Of a stretch of DNA of 64,000 bases, positions 1 to 10,649 are shown in pieces. The notes under the pieces are model-generated. The model saw nothing but the letters and a program-made list of their open reading frames with translations, had not been told where the DNA came from and ran no database searches. The translations under genes were made by a program, and so were the position numbers. The stretch's first letter is position 1; each line of letters begins with the position of its first letter. Source of the DNA: Sphaerodactylus townsendi (Eukaryota); the NCBI RefSeq assembly GCF_021028975.2, contig NC_059428.1:152892001-152956000 (forward strand). Direction: 5' to 3'.

Positions 1-1309
1 GAAGGCGGTCTTCCCAATGGCACTAACCACTGTGTTCTCTGTCCTCGCCAGAGGTGTACTGCCTCCGTTTGTGGAGGCTCGGCCTCTTGGATTTCTTCCC
101 AGAGCCACTTTCAGCCTCGAGTCCCCATCCGCCAGGTGCGCGCCTTCTGTTTTGCCTGTCGATTGCAAAGAGAGCCCATCCCTACAATGCGTGGGAGTCC
201 TTTTGAGAGATCTGGGCTTGCCTGAGCCCTCGGAGGTATGGTCAGGCTCTCTCCTGGTGGATGGGAAGCGTTTGGGTGTTCTCTCATCCCGAAAGAATGC
301 CCCTGGCTCTGTGGCCGGGGTCTGTCTCTCTCTCTCTCCCTCTCTTTTTTGGAAGGCTCTTCACTGTTTCCCCCCCCCCCCTCCCCCTTTGATCTCCTCC
401 TAGTGTTTGTCCAGTTGATCAACCCAGACAGGGTTAGAGTCTGAGGTCAGTAGCTGTTCCATTCCAAACTCCCAGACGGCATCGGTGAGAGGGGAAGGGA
501 TTCAGGTTACAGCCCCCTCCTACTTTTCCCCCTATCTCCCCCCCACATCTCCCCAGCAGCTTTATAACTCTTTGCACTGGCCAGTGATTACAAGTGCCTG
601 CTGATGGTCCCCAACTGCGAAGACAAAAACGGAGGGCTCGATCTCTATCTGTCTATCTGTCTCTGGGCATGTGTTTCCAGTAGGTGGGGGTTGCACGGTT
701 GCTCCTGACCAGGACCAAACCCCCACCCTTATTTGGGGGGCTTTAAGAACTCTCGGCAGGGGGAGAAGCTGCCAAATTCGAGGAGGAGGGGAGCAGGTCC
801 GACAGAGAGCCCCATCTCTCTCGAGGCGCGTGTAAGGCTGGGGCCCCGGTCCAGGCGTGGGATGGCTGCACTGGCTTCCTCCGAGGGCCTTGTGGTTTTG
901 CATGGCTGGCATCCAAGCACGGGAATGGACACCCTGCAATCTGCTGCTGAGGGACAAATCGTGGTGATAAGATGCGCTTGTGCTAGGAGGAGAAACTGAG
1001 ACCAGCGGGGAGAAAAAGAAGAGGAGAGGTTGCTGCTTTTAAAACGCGAGGAGCCTGCCTCCTTCCTTCCTTTCCCCCCCCCCACCCCCCTCGGCTCTTC
1101 TTTGCGAATGTGATTGTTTTGTCTATCACACCAGGCGAAGTGGAAGACTCCCCACCCCTCCTGGCTGGGGTGGGGGAGAAGCGCAGAAGGGCTGCAAAGG
1201 AGCCTACCGCAGCTGGATGCCTTTCTGGACTTTGCTGGGGACGGGATCTAGGAGCGGCGTCTGCGAGAGCCGGCTTGGGGGGCCAGGCCGGGAGCTTCAT
1301 CCGGACCCC

Positions 1310-1487
1310 ATGCTTCCCTCACTCATCCTCTCTCTGCTCTCCGTCCTGGCAGAAGGGGCCAGCCTGCGACCCACCCAGACCGGCCACCTGGGGGTGTGCC
1401 CCAACCAGCTGAACCCCAACCTCTGGGTGGGATCGGCTCCAGAGCACTCTGGGTGAGCGGAGAGTGCTAAGCCAGGACGGACTGCGA
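1310..1487 (+). CDS. WFIKKN1: WFIKKN1 coding exon 1 (signal peptide and start of WAP domain); 3' end frameshifted as assembled
   Basis: ATG 1310 gives MLPSLILSLLSVLAEGASLRPTQTGHLGVCPNQLNPNLWV, matching the WFIKKN N-terminus. The expected DAQSTCEREC is recoverable only after removing several inserted bases; TGA at 1454-1456 as assembled. Exon end is approximate. Confidence 0.8.
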
Positions 1488-1740
1488 GTAAAAGTCTTGG
1501 CCTCGTTCAGCCTGGCCGGCGGGAGGCTCTGCAGGGATCCTGGGATGCAGAAATGACTTTTTATGGGAAAGGAGGCTGAAGGTGGCAGCAAAGGGATGGG
1601 TTGGTAGCTGAGAGGGAGGACTGCTTTGGAAAGGGTCCACATTTGATCCCCAGCACCCAGCATTGCCTGGCTGAATATCCCCATCTGCCTGAGATCCCAG
1701 AAAGCTGCCACCGACCAGAGGGGGCTCCTTTTAAGGCAGC

Positions 1741-1763
1741 GGGGGGGGGGGGGGGGGGGGGGG
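1741..1763 (+). repeat. Poly-G tract in WFIKKN1 intron
   Basis: Run of about 23 G. Confidence 0.9.
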
Positions 1764-2179
1764 GCCCCTGACATATTCAGCTACTTAATTAATTCTCCGC
1801 CCAGCCCATCCTAGAAAAGCCCCTTTCCTGCAGGCACAAAAAATGGTGCAAGACTGGACCGCTCTCATTTCGCACATCTGCCTTTGCAGACGTTGCTGGC
1901 TCTGATCTGGACGTTTTGTTCACGTGCGCCTTTATGGCCTCTGCTTGCCACCGCTTCTGTTGAGCCTCGCCCCACTCCCCCGCCGCTGTTTTCCTTGTAC
2001 TAGTTTCTCAGCAGCCTTCCTGGGAATTGAGATAGTTATTGGGAAGGAATTCTCTTCTCCCCGGCCAGCCGTCTGCTGTACAGAAGATGGTCCTGGGCCG
2101 AGCAAGGTGCGGGACTTTTAGGTGCCCTCCAGGAGGGGAGAAGTTGATCCCATCTGCCCTGCTGGCATGCTGCAGCATA

Positions 2180-2405
2180 CCCTGTTTCCCTGTTAATAAG
2201 ACATCCCCGGAAAATAAGACCTAGTAGAGGTTTTGCTGAAGTGCGAAATATAAGGCATCCCCCAAAAGTAAGACGTAGCAAAGTTTTTGTTTGGAAGCAT
2301 GTCCAATGAACAGAACCCAGAAAAATAAGACATCCCCTGAAAATAAGACATAGCGCATCTTTGGGAGCAAAAATTAATATCTGTCTTATTTTCGGGGAAA
2401 TACGG
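2180..2405. mobile_element. Tc1/mariner-pogo type MITE
   Basis: Imperfect terminal inverted repeats CCCTGTTTCCC / GGGGAAATACGG flanked by TA; internal AAAATAAGAC repeats. Confidence 0.7.
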
Positions 2406-3254
2406 TAGCTCCCGTTCACGTCAGCTGGGCTTGTGAGGAACAACTCCCCAGAGGCAGGTGAATTGGTGAGACTTCCTATTGTTCTTGGGTCATAAAATGC
2501 GGGAGGAGCCCTGAGGTATGACCACATTTCCAAGGGGAGGGGAAAGGAATGGCTATTTCCAGTGAAGGATGCCGAAAAATGCATGACACATTCTTTATTG
2601 ACCTCTCTGTGCCGACATTTGTGGCTAGGGGAATCGCTGCCCAGCTGGGCAGATTTTTGTGCGCAATTGTGCCCGTGTGGTGGAGAACCAGCGAGGGTAG
2701 TGCGGCAGTGCCGTAATTCAACTCCTGAGTGTTCAGAGTGCAGTCCGGGCATTGAGAAAGCCCAGAGGACAGTTCTTCACACAAGTACCTGGGGTGCAGT
2801 GTAGTTTCAAGTCAGGGTCGCTCAGTTTGCTCACTGGGGAACAGTAGAGGTTCCCCGTATCCCCCTCTGACCCCATCAAAACAGATAGTCAGTGTCTCAG
2901 GATTCATATGGGCTGAAATTCCTTCCAGTAACCTTCCACTTCACTTGGAAGGCAGGTGCCAGACCTGGCTTGGAAGGAAAATAGCTGGGAGTGTTGACTG
3001 TCTGGCCTGGGTCTTGCTTTGATCCAGTTTCTTTTTTTAACCCCCCCTCCCCCTCCACACACATATACATGCCACTTTCTGCCATGTATATAAATGAGTC
3101 TGATGACTTTACACTGTCAGCGGCAGAGCGGCTTCTGAGCCTTGAAAAGGTTACGGAGGGAAACAGTGTTAATCTCTCAAGCGCCAAGGGACTCTGTGGT
3201 ATCCTGTTCCCACAAACTAGCAGGGCTAGCTGGCTGGTGCCCTCATCTCGTTGA

Positions 3255-3440
3255 CCCCGGCCAGCCCGATCTGCTTGGATCTTGAAAGCTAAGCAGGGTC
3301 AGCCCTGGTTAGACAGGAGAGCACCGAGAGAGTCCAGGGTGGGCATGTTGAGGCAGGCGATGGCAAACTGCCTCGGAACATGTCTGGCTGTAAAAACTCC
3401 CCGAGGGGTCACCACAGGCTAGCTGTCACTTGACGGCAAA
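3255..3440 (+). mobile_element. 5S rRNA-derived SINE (5S-Sauria/SINE3-like), degraded
   Basis: 5S-like head (gcccgatct...aagctaagcagggtcagccctggttag) followed by a non-5S tail ending in an A-rich run. Confidence 0.65.
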
Positions 3441-3726
3441 AAGAAAGACAAAAGCACTGATACCCACCTGTTGCTGAGCATGAAAACAGCCCTGGTGCTG
3501 TGCGGTAAAAGTTAGGGACTGCAAGCGTTCATGTAGTGAAACAGCTGCCTGAAAGTAATGGTTGAACTTGATGAAGAGGGAGATGTTAAGACTCACATGC
3601 TAGCATCCCTCTCCTAAAGAGATGTTGTGTTTCCACTGAAGAAAAGGTTTAGGGTGGACTATTATATGGGGATCTAGTCAAGCGGAGGCTGCAGCGTTGA
3701 CATGTTCGTTGTCGCATCCCCTACAG

Positions 3727-5220
3727 GACTGCGAAGGCTTCGAGAAATGTTGCACCAACGTCTGTGGCCTGCGGAGCTGTGTGGCCGCCCGTTACGCGGA
3801 TGGAAGCCTCTCCTCACCGGAACTGGCGCGGGAGGCCACGTGCGAGAGCTTTGTCTGCACGCAGCAGGGGTCGGACTGTGACGTCTGGGATGGCCAGCCT
3901 GTCTGCAAGTGCAAAGACCGGTGCGAGAAGGAGCCCAATTTCACCTGCGCCTCAGACGGACTCACCTACTACAATAAGTGCTACATGGATGCCGAGGCCT
4001 GCATCCGAGGCGTCGGCCTGGCCGTGGTCCCTTGCAAGTACATTTTTGCCTGGCCTGATGCCAGCCCAGCCCCCACAGAGACAACGGCTCGCCCGACTCC
4101 TGGAGCAGCTGCGGAGGTGCCCGTCCCTCCGGCGCTCTACAATAACCCTTCCCACCGGTCAGTGTACGTGGGTGGGACCGTCAGCTTCCATTGTGATGTG
4201 AGTGGCCGACCGCGCCCTGACATCACGTGGGAAAAGCAGAGCGACCGCCAGGAAAATTTCATCATGCGCCCCGACCGGATGTACGGCAACGTGGTGGTTA
4301 CCAACATCGGGCAGCTTGTCGTCTACAATGCTCAGCCGGAGGATGCTGGAGTATACACCTGCACCGCCAGGAACGCTGCCGGTCTCCTCAGAGCGGACTT
4401 CCCCCTCTCGGTTGTTGAGAGGGAACGCTCTGGATGGGAATCGAGGGCACCGGGCGTCTCACAACTTCCTCCTGGAGAGTGCCTGAAGGAACCAGACAAA
4501 CGGGACTGTGAGGCCAACCAAATCCGCTGGCATTTTGACTCGAAGAAGGGCTCCTGCATCACGTTCCGCTACGGAGGGTGCGGTGGGAACAGGAACCACT
4601 TCGAAACCTACGAGGAATGCCGCCTGGCCTGTGCCGATCACGTGGTTGACCCATGTTCCCTCCCCGTCGTGCAGGGCCCCTGCAAAGACTGGGAGCCCCG
4701 CTGGGCCTACAACCGCCTCATGAAGCGGTGTCACTCCTTCATCTACGGAGGCTGCGAAGGCAACGAGAACAACTTCGACGCCAAAGAGAGCTGCGAGGAC
4801 GTTTGCCCCTTCCTCAAGGCCTCACGGTGCAAAGCCTGCCGCCTGAAGAGCAAGATGGTGTCGAGCTTGTGCCGCAGCGACTTTGCCATAGTGGGGCGGC
4901 TGATGGAGGTGGTGGAAGACCAGGACTCTGGCATTGCCCGCTTTGCTCTGGACGACATCTTGAAGGACGAGAAGATGGGCCTCAGGTTCTTTGACATCAA
5001 GTACTTAGAAGTGACCTTGTCCAATATGGACTGGAACTGCCCCTGTCCCAACGTGACCGCCGAGGACGGGCCTCTCGTCATCATGGGGGAGGTGCATGAC
5101 GGCATGGCGGTCCTCGACTCGGACAGCTACGTGCGGGCGGCCAACGACAAGCGGATCAAGAAGATCCACGAGCTTCTGGAGAAGAAGACCTGTGAGCTTC
5201 TCGACCGGTTCAGGGACTAG
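3727..5220 (+). CDS. WFIKKN1: WFIKKN1 exon 2 (rest of WAP, follistatin/Kazal, Ig, two Kunitz, NTR domains)
   Basis: Acceptor ctacag|GAC (phase 0), open frame DCEGFEKCCTNVCG...TCELLDRFRD*, AATAAA 5675-5680. WFIKKN1 rather than WFIKKN2 by synteny with METTL26/MCRIP2. Confidence 0.93.
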   Translation, partial: DCEGFEKCCTNVCGLRSCVAARYADGSLSSPELAREATCESFVCTQQGSDCDVWDGQPVCKCKDRCEKEPNFTCASDGLTYYNKCYMDAEACIRGVGLAVVPCKYIFAWPDASPAPTETTARPTPGAAAEVPVPPALYNNPSHRSVYVGGTVSFHCDVSGRPRPDITWEKQSDRQENFIMRPDRMYGNVVVTNIGQLVVYNAQPEDAGVYTCTARNAAGLLRADFPLSVVERERSGWESRAPGVSQLPPGECLKEPDKRDCEANQIRWHFDSKKGSCITFRYGGCGGNRNHFETYEECRLACADHVVDPCSLPVVQGPCKDWEPRWAYNRLMKRCHSFIYGGCEGNENNFDAKESCEDVCPFLKASRCKACRLKSKMVSSLCRSDFAIVGRLMEVVEDQDSGIARFALDDILKDEKMGLRFFDIKYLEVTLSNMDWNCPCPNVTAEDGPLVIMGEVHDGMAVLDSDSYVRAANDKRIKKIHELLEKKTCELLDRFRD

Positions 5221-6085
5221 CGTCGCCGGCTCTCTGCCATGGGCAAGGGAGGACTCCCTAAAACGGTCCATCTGTGACCACCCTTGCATTTATGTCAAGT
5301 CGACTCGGCCTTCCCCTCTTAGAAACCCCACATGTCTCTGAAGAGATGCACAGAAATGTATCCTCGTGCCTTCGTCGTGGGCTGTGGCCCAGCCTCTCAT
5401 TTTTGAACATTCTGCATTTATTTTCAGTCTCCTGTTATGACTCCCCCACACTCGTGGCGGAGCCATTCTATTCGTCTGTTTTCGTGTGTGCTGTAATTTA
5501 TCTCTTTGTGCCTATACCACTCTCCCCTGGCTTCTGTACGATTAAAAGGACTTCTGTGGTTTTTTTCCCCCCAGGCATGACTGTCTGCCTCCATCTGTGT
5601 CCTCGTCCTTTTTTGGATCTGCTGTTAGGGTTGCAGGGCAAGGTCCATGACAGGGATTTGGATGATTGTTTTTAAATAAAGATTTGATTACTTAAGAACC
5701 CTTTGGGGGGAGTCTGCACTTTATCTGTACACACTAGTTAAATTTGAGTCCCCAGCAGGAAACACCTCTCTCTTTCTCTCTATGTGTATATATCATGTCC
5801 CCTGTTTTAGAACAAACCTGCTCTCTGATAAGGGAAGCCATTTCATCACATACTTCCCCAACCTCTACACTGTACCTGCTACATTTATGAGAGCCCAGTA
5901 GTTTCTGTCTAGCCACAAAGAGTGTAGGGAAGAGTCAGCACAGAGGAGCTACACAAAAACTTTGTTTTCTACATATCCTTTTGACAAACACATTCCTAAT
6001 GCAACTTTTGAGAATGAGCCCTGTAAAGTTAAATGAGAAGGAGGGTGTTGGGTTGGAGCTAGGAAAAGGACATAAACATAGATTT

Positions 6086-6164
6086 CTATCTATCTATGTG
6101 CAGCAGTTACAGCTACATCCTCTCCCTATCTATCTGTCTATGTGCAGCAGTTACAGCTAGGTCA

Positions 6165-6209
<45 letters not shown>

Positions 6210-6223
6210 GTGCAGCAGTTACA
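6086..6223. repeat. TCTA/TCTG microsatellite with repeated tatgtgcagcagttaca unit
   Basis: Directly visible; abuts the gap. Confidence 0.9.
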
Positions 6224-6421
6224 NNNNNNNNNNNNNNNNNNNNNNNNNNNNNNNNNNNNNNNNNNNNNNNNNNNNNNNNNNNNNNNNNNNNNNNNNNNNN
6301 NNNNNNNNNNNNNNNNNNNNNNNNNNNNNNNNNNNNNNNNNNNNNNNNNNNNNNNNNNNNNNNNNNNNNNNNNNNNNNNNNNNNNNNNNNNNNNNNNNNN
6401 NNNNNNNNNNNNNNNNNNNNN
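6224..6421. other. Assembly gap (N run)
   Basis: 198 N. Confidence 1.
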
Positions 6422-6422
6422 T

Positions 6423-6733
6423 ATTTGAAGAGATGTCATGTTAGTGAGGGAGCAAGCTTGTTTTCTGAAGGTCCAGCGACTAGGACCAGGAGTCATGGGT
6501 TCAAGGTGAAGGGAAAGCAATTCCATTTAAACATCAGGAAAAACTTTGTGACAGTAAGGGCTGTTCAAAAGTGGAATTCACTACCTCAGAGTGTGGTGGA
6601 GTCTCCTTCTTTGAAGGTTTTTTAACAGAGGCTGGATGGCCATCTGTCAGGAGTGCTTTGATTGTGCGTTCCTGCATTGCAGGGGGTTGGACATGATGGC
6701 CCTTGGGGTCTCTTCCAATTCTGATTCTATTAT
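6423..6733 (+). mobile_element. CR1 LINE 3' end
   Basis: RTRSHGFK...FHLNIRKNFVTVRAVQKWNSLP CR1 ORF2 C-terminus, plus 3' UTR ending attctatt. Confidence 0.85.
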
Positions 6734-7040
6734 TGTGATCAAGTCTGAAAAGGGCATTAATTTTTCCTGGGATTCAGGCTGCCATACCAAAAAGTTCCAC
6801 AGGATGGCGGTAGAAGACCACAAATGCATTTTCACTGATTTGTAAATGGGCTCCACTTGGGGCCAGTTGTGGCAAGATTTCTGCTTGTGTTGCACCCGTT
6901 GAAGCATTAGCTGGGCCTTCTTGTGTGTTGTTGTCTTCAGGGTGACCCCTAGGTTCGCCCCAAAGATTGTAGCCATTTTCAGGATGGCCGTAGTTCCGCT
7001 TTCCTGCACCCTAAACGTGGCCTGTCTACGTGACAAGTGA
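6734..7040. repeat. Local low-copy repeat module, copy 1 (also 9434-9780 and inverted 28918-29065)
   Basis: Shared caagtctgaaaagggcattaatttttcctggg...gtagaagaccacaaat...gaagcattagctgggccttcttgtgtgttgttgtcttcagggtg. Confidence 0.85.
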
Positions 7041-9433
7041 CATGGCAGAACATTTTGAAACCTGGGCAGTGGCTGCGATCGTCTCCTGGTCAGGTTCATT
7101 AGTTGGATCAATGGGAGGGTCTTTGGGGGCAGTTCCATTACATGGTTCTGAAAGGGGGAGGGGGTGGGCTTTGTGATTTGTTCAGTGTCATCCTGAAACC
7201 AAGTACCAGCGATGGGATCTTGTAAGAGACTGTCTGGTTGTGTTGCCAGCACTCCCCAAAAGCACATAGAGTGGCATCCAGAAGGGGTGTGAATGTGGGA
7301 AGCTTCAGGTCTTGTAAGTCATTCAAAGTGGGAGCTTTTACTCCCAGGAAACTGTATCTGGGATTGTAGCCTTAGTGGGTGACATCGCCATAGCATGAAT
7401 CCACTTGTCCAAAGAATAGTGGTTGCACATGGCTGAAGAGGAAGCCAACAGTGTGAACCAGTGCTTTCTTTTGGGGCTACTGTGTGAAGGGTTTCCTGAA
7501 TGTGTGAGTGTGCCTTTATGTCACATCCATGGCTTTACTGTCATCCCCCTGGACTGTTTCATAACAAGACTCTGTGTTCAGGTGATGTCTTTTTTACGAA
7601 ACAGCATCAGGAATAAGAATGTAGACCTCCATTGCCAGACCAAAAGCATAAGGAGCAAAGCGCCCTCCATTATAACCCACCCAATGTCACACAAAACCAC
7701 CCCTGACTACCAGTTCCCAAGGAGGGATGGCACCCCATCAGTCCCACGGTGCAGAGACAGTGCAGCCTGGCCTAAACATCCTCTCTACGTGGCTTCTAGG
7801 TTCTCCCTACCTGACTTCTAGGGGGGCTGCAGTGTCCCCCAAGCATCCTCTCTACGTGGTTTCTAGGTTCCTTTTCTGCTGTCACAGAGTGGGAGAGTCG
7901 AACCTGGGTCTGCCAGAGGCAGGTCTGTGTAACCACAAACATTGTGTTGAACAGATCAGCCAAGTTACCCAGGAGGACTCAGAAACACAGTCTCCTCCGC
8001 TAGTCGGGGAATCATGAGTTGGGTGCCCTGTGTCTGTCCAGGGTTTGTTCAGTTGTGATGAACAGAGGCCTGTGAATGTCATCTGTGCGTGTGTGCACCT
8101 GTGCAGCCGGTGCCTCTGAACATAGCAGTGTGATCCCTCCAAGAGGGAAGGGATAGGTCCTTTTGTGGGCAGTTAATGCAGTGGTGGACAATGTCATGGG
8201 GGGCTTCAGCGTGTGGATACTGTGGGCAAGGGAGAGATGGAAATGTGTGCCACGTGTGCATCCGATGGGCATTTTGGAGAAACTCCAGAAGACCCCTTTT
8301 ATCAGGTAATGCTAGGCAGAGGTGTCTACTTGAGTGTCAGGGAAGTGAATGGGCTTCAATGTGGGTGAGAGGTGACTGGAGCCACCTGGCTAGTCAGGTG
8401 TGCTCTCAATAGCGTCAAAGTGAACTTTTAATAGGTGAACTGTTAACCTCATAGGTGGACTTTTAACCTCATGTGCTGCAGCCCCAGAGTAATGTTGGTT
8501 GCGCTTGTGTGTAGTGTGAGGCGTTGTGATCTCATGTGTGGAATGTGGCAGTGGGAAAAGCATGCAATCTCCCGAACGAGGGCATCACACAGCAGGGTGT
8601 GACAATGTTGTCTTGTGAACATGGCATTCCTCCTGGCAGAAGTGGTGGTCCTTTCTGTACCCCGCATTGAGGAGAAGTGTGCATTTTGAGGAAAAGCTTT
8701 TTCATTGTTTGGGGTTGCGCTGATGAGGGGCATGAAGCAGGCAGGGAGCCCTCCATTATACCCCACGTCACACCACACCACCCCTGACTAAAAAAAGGAA
8801 AGCTGGGGTTTCTTGTGCGTTTTTGTGGCTGGATGGCCATCTTTCAGGAGTACTTTGATTGTGTGTTCCTTCATTGCAGGGGGTCCGGCTTGATAGTCAT
8901 TGGGGTCTCTTCCAACTCCGATTCTATGATTCTATGGTGATATCTTCACTGGTGATTAATCCTGGGATTGTCACCCGAAATATCCAGGTTCCCTCAAGAT
9001 CTCCTCACAGCCGAACCACGGAACACAGACCAGTCCCGTTTCTGGTGCTCCCCCCCCCCCCCCCCCATCACGGGATTTTCCTGGACATGCTTGTACAGTA
9101 TATGCACCTTTTTGAAAAAAACACTCCAATGGGAGCTAATAGGAGATGGGGGCTACACATTTGAGGGTCCACAACATTCGCCCCCATGAACCAAACTTCA
9201 CCAAACCTGGGTGGTATCATCAGATGGTATCTCCCAAAGATACTCTGAAATTTTGGTGCTGCTAGCTTAACAATTGCACCCCTGACAGCAGGCACCCCCC
9301 CCCCAAGGGGCAGGCCTAGATGTCTTCACTAGAAACATACTACAGTAAGGATGTTGGAACCTGGATGAAAAGGTGCTGATTCTTTTGAAACTTGGTTGTA
9401 TCTAGATTAAATTTTCAGTGGGAATTCGGCCTA

Positions 9434-9915
9434 TGATTGTGAGCAAGTCAGAAAAAAGCATTAATTTTTCCTGGGCTGCCATACAGAAAACATCCACACG
9501 ATGGCAGTAGAAGACCACAAATGAATTTTCACTGATTTTGTTTCTCTCTACCTGGCTTCTGGGTTGCTGATTTGTAAATGAGCTGCATTTGGAGCCAAGG
9601 GTGGCAAGATTGTGTTTGTGTTGCACCTGTGAAGCATTAGCTGGGCCTTCTTGTGTGTTGTTGTCTTCAGGGTGGCTCCTAAAATTCGCCCCAAAGTTTG
9701 TAGCTATTCTCAGAATGGCCATAGTCCTGCCTTTCTGCTCCCTAAATGTGACCTGTGTATGTGATGACTGACTGGGTAACACTAGGTGTCCTTTGCCAGA
9801 ACTGAAGTATAAGGAGCAAAGCGCCCTCCATTATACCCCCACATCACGCCCCAACATCACAACACATCACCCCTGACTAAAAACAAAAAGCTGGGCTTTC
9901 TTGTGCATTTTTGTG
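9434..9915. repeat. Local low-copy repeat, copy 2, joined to a second module (also at 7645-7710 and 8745-8830)
   Basis: Aligns by eye to 6734-7040, then to aaggagcaaagcgccctccattata...cacccctgact. Confidence 0.8.
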
Positions 9916-10508
9916 TTATGTTTTGGCAGAAGAAAAAGCCAGCAGGGGAAGAGAAGAGAGTCAGGGTCCCATGTCCTGGCCAGGCGTCATGGGACAATCA
10001 AACCAGAAATGGGCTGATGGTGACATGCACATTTTCAAACAGAGGAGTAACAGACCTCTGGTCTTCTTTGGGGCCATCCATCTCAAAAGTGAAGAATCCT
10101 GTCAGCATTGTCGTTGACATGTAGCTTGGCTTGTTTGCAGGAGCTTACAGCGCCGTTTTATGTGTGACATGTAGCCTGGCCAACTATAACATACACAACC
10201 AGCTTAGTTTTTTACTTCCAGAGAGCGCTTAAGGGACTTTATTTCAAAGAAAGACCCCTGGATTGGGGCAGTCCATGATGCCATCTACTTGCGAGGCCCC
10301 GGGCTCAGCCTGCTTATGTGCATTAGGCTGAATTAGTCACATACTCTCAGCCTACCTTACAAGGTTGTTTTGAGGAGAACGATGCTTTGCAGGGGAGTGG
10401 GATATAAATAAAATAAATGACTACATTTATGTGGAAGGGAGGGGACCAGAGTTATTTCTATGTGGGGTGCAGTTTGCAAAGCCTTTCCCCCTGGTTCTGG
10501 ACACTCAC

Positions 10509-10630
10509 CAGATGACCTCCCTGCCCCGCACCCCCAAGAAGCAACAGAGCCACGCCAAGGAGAACGCGGCCAGATCCCCCTGCCTGTGGCTCAGCTGTAC
10601 GGGCAAGACGCACTCCGTGGAGGCCGCCAT
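10509..10630 (-). pseudogene. Orphan first coding exon encoding a signal-peptide-like N-terminus (possibly NAGPA)
   Basis: AATATGGCGG start, MAASTECVLPVQLSHRQGDLAAFSLAWLCCFLGVRGREVI(W), strong donor TG|gtgagt (phase 2). No second exon found downstream. Confidence 0.45.
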
Positions 10631-10649
10631 ATTGAACTGGTCACATGAC
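10623..10649 (-). promoter_or_regulatory. YY1 site over the ATG plus CLEAR/E-box (GTCACATGAC)
   Basis: GCCGCCATATTG 10623-10634 and GTCACATGAC 10640-10649 in a CpG-enriched patch. Confidence 0.55.

Noticed and set aside
3255-3330. 5S rRNA gene (also 14990-15350)
   Set aside because: Partial, diverged and fused to a SINE tail.
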